The translations under genes were made by a program, and so were the position numbers. Shown one piece after another: positions 58,887 to 64,000 of a DNA stretch of 64,000 bases (the stretch's first letter is position 1; every line of letters starts with the position of its first letter). The stretch is from Deltaproteobacteria bacterium. GTDB taxonomy: Bacteria; Myxococcota_A; Polyangia; Fen-1088. The notes under the pieces were generated by a model, which worked only from the letters and a program-made list of their open reading frames with translations, ran no database searches and was not told the origin of the DNA. The DNA lies in the NCBI GenBank assembly GCA_033763315.1, contig JANRKS010000009.1:256001-320000 (forward strand). The letters run 5' to 3'.

Positions 58887-59016
58887 GGCCTTCCTCCTTC
58901 CATAAACAAAAGCAGGTGTGCGGCGCGAGTGCAAGGCACGGCGGTGGCTGCAGATCGAGGCAAAGGGTGGTCATCCAGCGCTTCGTTGCCTGCCGATTCA
59001 TGTTACGTTGTAACGG

Positions 59017-61785
59017 GTGAGGAGAGCCCTCTTGCTCGCAACGCTGGGTCTGGTCTCGGCATGCGCCCCGCGGGGACCGAGCGGGCCAGCCCTTGCGTCG
59101 ACATCCTTCGGCCAGCAAAGCACATCCCCAACCAGGGCAGGACCCATCTTGAAGTTTACGCTTGATAACGGATTGCAGGTTGTTCTCGAGGAAAATCGCA
59201 GCGCGCCTGTCGTCGCGATTCAAACCTGGGTGAAGGTGGGCGCCGCCGATGAACCCGACCGCCTGGCAGGCGTGTCGCACTTTCTGGAGCACATGCTCTT
59301 TAAAGGCACCAAGCGGCGCGGCGTGGGTCAGATCGCCCGCGAAATTGAGCAAGCGGGCGGCGAGATCAACGCGTGGACCAGCTTCGATGAAACCGTTTAT
59401 CACGTGGTGGTGGCCAGCGAGTTCTTGGAAGTGGGGCTCGACGTATTGTCCGACGCCGTGATGAATTCAAGCCTCGACGCCAAAGAGATGGGGCGCGAAC
59501 GCGGCGTGATCTTAGAAGAGGTCAAGCAAGGCCTCGATGATCCCGACCGGGGGGCCGCGCAGAAGATGTTCGCCGGCGCCTTTGCAGGCCACACCTATGC
59601 ACGTCCCGTGATCGGATCGCTCGAAACCGTCACCGCGATGACCCGCGATGAGATCTACGCGTATTACAAAGATCGCTACGTGGCCTCGAACATGGCTTTG
59701 GTGATCGTGGGCGATTTCGACGCCGAGAAGGTGAAGCCCAAAGTAGAAAAAGCGTTCGGCGGCCTTCGCAAGGTGGGCAAGTCTGCCGTTCCGCCGCGTC
59801 CCGCAATGCCAGCGGCCAAAGGGCAGCGCGTGGACGTATTGGCGCGCGACGTGAAGGAGGCACAGATCCTTGCCGCTTATCGCATTCCCGCGGTTCGTGA
59901 CGAAGACATTCCCGCGTTGGATTTGCTGTCTGTGGTTCTGGGGCAGGGAGAAAGCTCGCGCTTGAACCTGGAAGTTGTGCGCAACCGCCAGTTGGCGAAG
60001 TCAGCTTTCTCGTACGTCTTCGGAGCCCGTGACGGGGGCGTTCTGGTGGCGGGTGCCGTCACGGGATCGCCGCGCGTCGAAGAGGTCACGCAAGCGGTGC
60101 TTGATGAGGTGGCGAAGTTGTCGCGCTTGCCGCTTGGCCGCGCCGAGTTGGAAAAAGCCCGCACAATCCTCGAGAGCGATCGCGTCTACGACCGCGAGAC
60201 GGTGCAAGGGTATGCGCGCAAGCTCGGCTACTACGCAACCATCGTTGATGACGTTCACTATGAGTCTTGGTATCTGTCGCGCGTGCGTGGCCTCGGGCCC
60301 GAGGATCTGCGCAAAGTCGCGAACAAATACCTGCGCGCCGAACACATGACCTTGGTGGCGCAGGTGCCTGAGAAGGTGAAGCCCAAAGTGGCGACCGACG
60401 TCAAAGCCATCCGCGAACACCTGGCGAAGATCGCGCTTGGGGTTGAACAGCGTGCCGACAAACGCACCAAGGGCCAGGGCGCTGCCGCCAACTCACGCGA
60501 CAACGTGCTGGTGCAAACGCTGCCTGGGGGCGCCAAGTTGATCGTCATGCAGGACCCATCGGTGCCCATCGTCGCCATGCGTGCCATGTGGCTCGGCGGC
60601 TTGCGCTACGAGGACGAGAAGAACAACGGCATTTCAAACATGATTGGGCAGCTACTCACGCGGGGCACACGAACGCGTTCGGCCGAACAGATCATGACCG
60701 AGGTCGAAAGTCTGGCGGGCAGCCTTTCAGGTTACGCGGGACGCAACAGCGTTGGCGTGCAGGCTGAGTTTTTGTCGCGCAATTGGGAACAAGGTTCCGA
60801 ATTGTTTGCTGACTGCTTGCTGAACGCCGCGTTTCCTGAGGGTGAGATCGAAAAAGAGCGCAAGATCATCCTCGACGACATTCGCGCGCAAGACGACAAC
60901 CTGGGACATGCGGCCTTCCGTTTGTTTCATGCGCAGATGTGGCGTTCTCATCCCTATCGTCTGGATGTCATTGGCACGACTGATTCCGTGTCGGGCTTGT
61001 CACGCCGACGTTTGCTGATTCATTTCCGCAAGCACTACACGCCTTCCGCGTTGACGATCGCCATCGTGGGTGACGCCAGCCCAGCCGAGGTGGCGGCGCG
61101 TTTTTCCGAGCTATTCAGCAGCGCCGTGCAAGCCGAGCCTGAGGCACCGAAGATTGCACCTGAGCCTGAATCGGAGGGCCCCAAGCAATCGTTTCAGTTC
61201 CGAGAGAGAGAGCAGGCACACGTGATTCTAGGGTATCCAGGCACGTCGCTTGGGAACCCGGACCGGTTTGCGCTTGAAGTTCTCAGCTACGTTTTGGCCG
61301 GGCAGGGGGGGCGTTTGTTCGAAGAGCTGCGCGAGCGGCGTGGTTTGGTTTACCGCGTGAGCGCGTTTTCGCTTGAGGGCATCGACCCGGGTTACTTCGC
61401 GGTTTATTTGGCGGCAAGTCCAGACAAGCTTGATCTCGCTCTGCAAACCGTCCGCACCGAGCTTGCCAACGTGACTAGCGATGGCATCACAGCTGAAGAA
61501 TTGGATCGGGCTCAACGTTATCTCATCGGCACCCACGCCATTGGTTTGCAGCGCAAGGGCGCGTTGGCGGCGGCGCTCGCATTCCACGAGGCCTATGGCG
61601 AAGGGTGGAGCGCGTATAAGAAGTGGGCCGAGCGCGTTCATAAGGTCACGCTGGCCGAGGTCAAACGCGTCGCCAAGAAGTACTTGGTCAACGAGCGTGA
61701 AGTGTTGGCTGCCGTGAAGCCGAAGGACGTCGTGCCACCGGAGACAAAGGCCGCCTCGGCTGCAGGCCGGGCCGCGCGCAACTGA
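59017..61785 (+). CDS. M16 (pitrilysin) zinc metallopeptidase, probable lipoprotein
   Basis: Lipobox VSAC; HFLEHMLFKGT, NAWTSFD; second inactive M16 half. Confidence 0.93.
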   Translation: MRRALLLATLGLVSACAPRGPSGPALASTSFGQQSTSPTRAGPILKFTLDNGLQVVLEENRSAPVVAIQTWVKVGAADEPDRLAGVSHFLEHMLFKGTKRRGVGQIAREIEQAGGEINAWTSFDETVYHVVVASEFLEVGLDVLSDAVMNSSLDAKEMGRERGVILEEVKQGLDDPDRGAAQKMFAGAFAGHTYARPVIGSLETVTAMTRDEIYAYYKDRYVASNMALVIVGDFDAEKVKPKVEKAFGGLRKVGKSAVPPRPAMPAAKGQRVDVLARDVKEAQILAAYRIPAVRDEDIPALDLLSVVLGQGESSRLNLEVVRNRQLAKSAFSYVFGARDGGVLVAGAVTGSPRVEEVTQAVLDEVAKLSRLPLGRAELEKARTILESDRVYDRETVQGYARKLGYYATIVDDVHYESWYLSRVRGLGPEDLRKVANKYLRAEHMTLVAQVPEKVKPKVATDVKAIREHLAKIALGVEQRADKRTKGQGAAANSRDNVLVQTLPGGAKLIVMQDPSVPIVAMRAMWLGGLRYEDEKNNGISNMIGQLLTRGTRTRSAEQIMTEVESLAGSLSGYAGRNSVGVQAEFLSRNWEQGSELFADCLLNAAFPEGEIEKERKIILDDIRAQDDNLGHAAFRLFHAQMWRSHPYRLDVIGTTDSVSGLSRRRLLIHFRKHYTPSALTIAIVGDASPAEVAARFSELFSSAVQAEPEAPKIAPEPESEGPKQSFQFREREQAHVILGYPGTSLGNPDRFALEVLSYVLAGQGGRLFEELRERRGLVYRVSAFSLEGIDPGYFAVYLAASPDKLDLALQTVRTELANVTSDGITAEELDRAQRYLIGTHAIGLQRKGALAAALAFHEAYGEGWSAYKKWAERVHKVTLAEVKRVAKKYLVNEREVLAAVKPKDVVPPETKAASAAGRAARN

Positions 61786-61834
61786 CGCGTCCATTAACTG
61801 GCGTCGGGTGGGGTTCGCCCCTATGGTTCACACC

Positions 61835-62548
61835 ATGGGGTTTTTCGACGCCAGCCGGCGCAACCTCCTTACCAACCTCGTCCTCGTTTGCCCGCTGTTT
61901 GTGATCTACCAGCTGGGCGTTCTTTACACGCGTCCACTGCTCAACGGCGCCGACTTCGTCACCATCTTGCTGCTGCACAACCTGCAGTTATCAACCACCG
62001 GCTACCTTGCGTTCGTGTTCGGCGTGGCGGCCGCCTTGATGGTCGCCGTGCTGACGCTGGGCCGAAAGCAGAAGTTCGACAAGCGCGTTGTTCTGCCTGT
62101 GGTTCTGGAAAGCATGGTCTACGCGCTCACCATGGGCTCTCTGATCGTGTTCGTCATGACCGAGCTGATGGGGATCTCACCGCGCCTCGCAGGACCCGCG
62201 CCGCTGCCTGAACAATCGATCGTCACGCGTTTCATCATGTCTATCGGCGCGGGGCTTTACGAAGAGACCGTCTTTCGCCTTGGGCTCCTCACCCTCAGCG
62301 TCGTGATCGCGGAAAGGGTCCTGGGCCTGCGGCGGTGGATGGCTGTGTTGGGCGGGCTTTTGTTCTCCTCGTTGGCCTTTTCGGCCATGCACCACATTCC
62401 ACCCTACGGCGATCCGCTGTCGTTGGGCGTCTTCACCTTTCGCACGTTGGCTGGCATTTTCTTTGCGCTGTTGTTTTGGTATCGCGGCTTCGCCGTCGCC
62501 GTTTACACACACGCGCTCTACGATATTTACGTCCTGGTCGTTCGTTAG
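61835..62548 (+). CDS. CPBP (Abi/CAAX) family intramembrane metalloprotease
   Basis: AGLYEETVFR, FSAMHH, YTHALYD motifs. Confidence 0.88.
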   Translation: MGFFDASRRNLLTNLVLVCPLFVIYQLGVLYTRPLLNGADFVTILLLHNLQLSTTGYLAFVFGVAAALMVAVLTLGRKQKFDKRVVLPVVLESMVYALTMGSLIVFVMTELMGISPRLAGPAPLPEQSIVTRFIMSIGAGLYEETVFRLGLLTLSVVIAERVLGLRRWMAVLGGLLFSSLAFSAMHHIPPYGDPLSLGVFTFRTLAGIFFALLFWYRGFAVAVYTHALYDIYVLVVR

Positions 62549-62573
62549 CGCGCGCCGCCGCTGCGGTGAGCAC

Positions 62574-62606
62574 AAAAGAAAACCCCAAGCCGTTGGGCTC
62601 GGGGTT
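62574..62606 (-). terminator. Intrinsic terminator
   Basis: AACCCC-AAGCC/GGCTC-GGGGTT stem followed by TTCTTTT on the minus strand, between convergent genes. Confidence 0.7.
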
Positions 62607-62631
62607 CGTCGAAGCACGTGGCACCCAGCGA

Positions 62632-64000
62632 TTACTTGCGCTTGGGAGCGGGTTTGGGCGCCGCTTTGGCAGCCGGCTTTGGAGCCGGTTTCGCGGCGGG
62701 TTTGGCAGGTGCCGCTTTGGCGGGCGGTTTTCCGGGGGGGGCTTTGACAGCCGCCGCGGCCTTCGCAGGCGCTGCCTTAGCGGCTGGCGCACTTTTCGCA
62801 GCAGCCGCCTTGGGGGCGGGTGTTGCCTTGGCCGTGGGTGCCGCCTTCGGGGGCGGCGCAGCCTTAGCGGCACCGGCCTTTGCTGCTCCTCCGGGCGCAG
62901 GCTTAGCTGCGGGGGTAGGGGCCTTCGTTGCTGGCTTCGCCTTAGCCTCCGCTGGCTTAGCGGCAGGGGCCTTTTCTGGCTTGGCGGGCGCCTTGGCAGG
63001 TTCCGCCTTTGCCGGAGTTTTTGTGGGCTTGGGGGCCTCAAGCGCTTTGCCGGCGGGCTTCTTCGCTTGAGGCGCATCGGCCTTGGCCGGCGCCTTTTTC
63101 GGCTCGGCCTTCACCTCCACCTTTGCCGGCTTGGGGGATTCGGCCTTCGTGGGCTTCGCCTTTTCGGGCTTGGCCTCTGCCTTTGGCGCCTCGACCTTTT
63201 TCGTTTCCGTCTTGCCCACAGGCTTGGCGACGGACGGCACGTCGGCGTCTGCCTTCGAAGCCTTCTTGGGCTCCGGCTTTTTTGCTTCAGGCTTCGCGGC
63301 GTCAGCCTTCTTGGGCTCGGCTTTGGGCGCTTCTGGCTTTTTGCCGTCGGCCTTCGCCTTCACTTCCGGTTTCGCCTCGGGCGCTTCGGCCTTCATTTCC
63401 GGCTTTTTGCCAACGGCAGGCGCCGCCTTGCCCGCTGCAGGTTTCGCCGCCACTGGCTCGGGATCAGCTTTGACGGCCTTGCCGTTCTTGCCAGCCTTCG
63501 CGTCTGGCTTGCTGTCCGCCTTCGAGTCATTTTTCGAGTCACTTCTCGAATCTTGCTTGGCCACGGCTTTCGCCTTCGCAGGCGCTTCGCTCGTGGGGGT
63601 GCCATCTCCGGTGGGCAGGCCTGGAATGTCGCCTCGGTTGTGCACCAAGATGCGACGTCCGTCTTTGAAGGTGATCTCCACCTTGCTGTTTGAGACCACC
63701 TCAGAGACGAAACCCACCCCAAACTTCGGGTGTTCGACCATGGCCTGTTCCGAGTACTCCTGCCGGAACTGGTATGGCTTCGCTGCGCTGGCCCGGTGCT
63801 TCGCGAAGAATTCTTCCCACGTGGGCTTCTTCATCAAAGCACGCTTGCGTGCCGAGACTGGCTCGGGCACGTCGTCCTCGCTTTCGCCCCGCGGTTTACG
63901 GAACGAGTGGACGTCTCCGCACACGTTGCACTGCACGCGGCGAATCTCGTCTTCGTACTTGGAGATTACGACATGCGTCGTGTCGGCCTTGCACTTTGTG
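62632..64000 (-). CDS. Zn-ribbon + Tudor-like domain protein with histone-H1/AlgP-like Lys-Ala-Pro tail (5' end outside window)
   Basis: Frame stays open to 64000: TKCKADTTH...VQCNVCGDVH; HPKFGVGFV...KVEITFKDGRRILVH; ~300-aa KPAAK/KAAP tail. Confidence 0.8.
   Translation of the reverse strand, partial: TKCKADTTHVVISKYEDEIRRVQCNVCGDVHSFRKPRGESEDDVPEPVSARKRALMKKPTWEEFFAKHRASAAKPYQFRQEYSEQAMVEHPKFGVGFVSEVVSNSKVEITFKDGRRILVHNRGDIPGLPTGDGTPTSEAPAKAKAVAKQDSRSDSKNDSKADSKPDAKAGKNGKAVKADPEPVAAKPAAGKAAPAVGKKPEMKAEAPEAKPEVKAKADGKKPEAPKAEPKKADAAKPEAKKPEPKKASKADADVPSVAKPVGKTETKKVEAPKAEAKPEKAKPTKAESPKPAKVEVKAEPKKAPAKADAPQAKKPAGKALEAPKPTKTPAKAEPAKAPAKPEKAPAAKPAEAKAKPATKAPTPAAKPAPGGAAKAGAAKAAPPPKAAPTAKATPAPKAAAAKSAPAAKAAPAKAAAAVKAPPGKPPAKAAPAKPAAKPAPKPAAKAAPKPAPKRK

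Noticed and set aside
62335-63693. Long plus-strand Gly/Leu/Arg/Phe-rich ORFs
   Set aside because: Antisense reading of the low-complexity Lys-Ala-Pro tail.

Overview
High-GC bacterial chromosomal segment, most consistent with Myxococcota (inferred from DUF4398/TSP3-OmpA lipoproteins, a Cys-rich VWA lipoprotein, Ser/Thr kinase-FHA-PilZ genes and TPR/Pro-rich membrane proteins). It is densely coding and mostly housekeeping: glpD, aspS, xerD, scpA-scpB-rluB-like, purH-purD, purB-purC, murJ, efp-epmA, yajC-secD-secF-recJ, yacG. Envelope, signalling and toxin-antitoxin genes are interspersed. I saw no rRNA, tRNA, CRISPR array, transposase or prophage. Most notable observations: (1) an intact PurQ-like ORF that has lost its whole catalytic triad; (2) an unlisted 27-codon PurE-like relic coupled to purD; (3) a MenA1-MenT1-like module whose toxin has an in-frame deletion of its catalytic half; (4) a Zn-ribbon/Tudor-like protein with a ~300-aa histone-H1-like tail; (5) a PilZ-FHA-kinase run upstream of a discoidin/GT-C-like membrane protein; (6) a pair of exported CxxCH beta-propeller proteins; (7) a LITAF-like/winged-helix membrane protein; (8) pervasive leaderless promoter architecture plus sigma54- and sigma28-type motifs. 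All family assignments come from motif recognition by eye and from memory, not from database searches.
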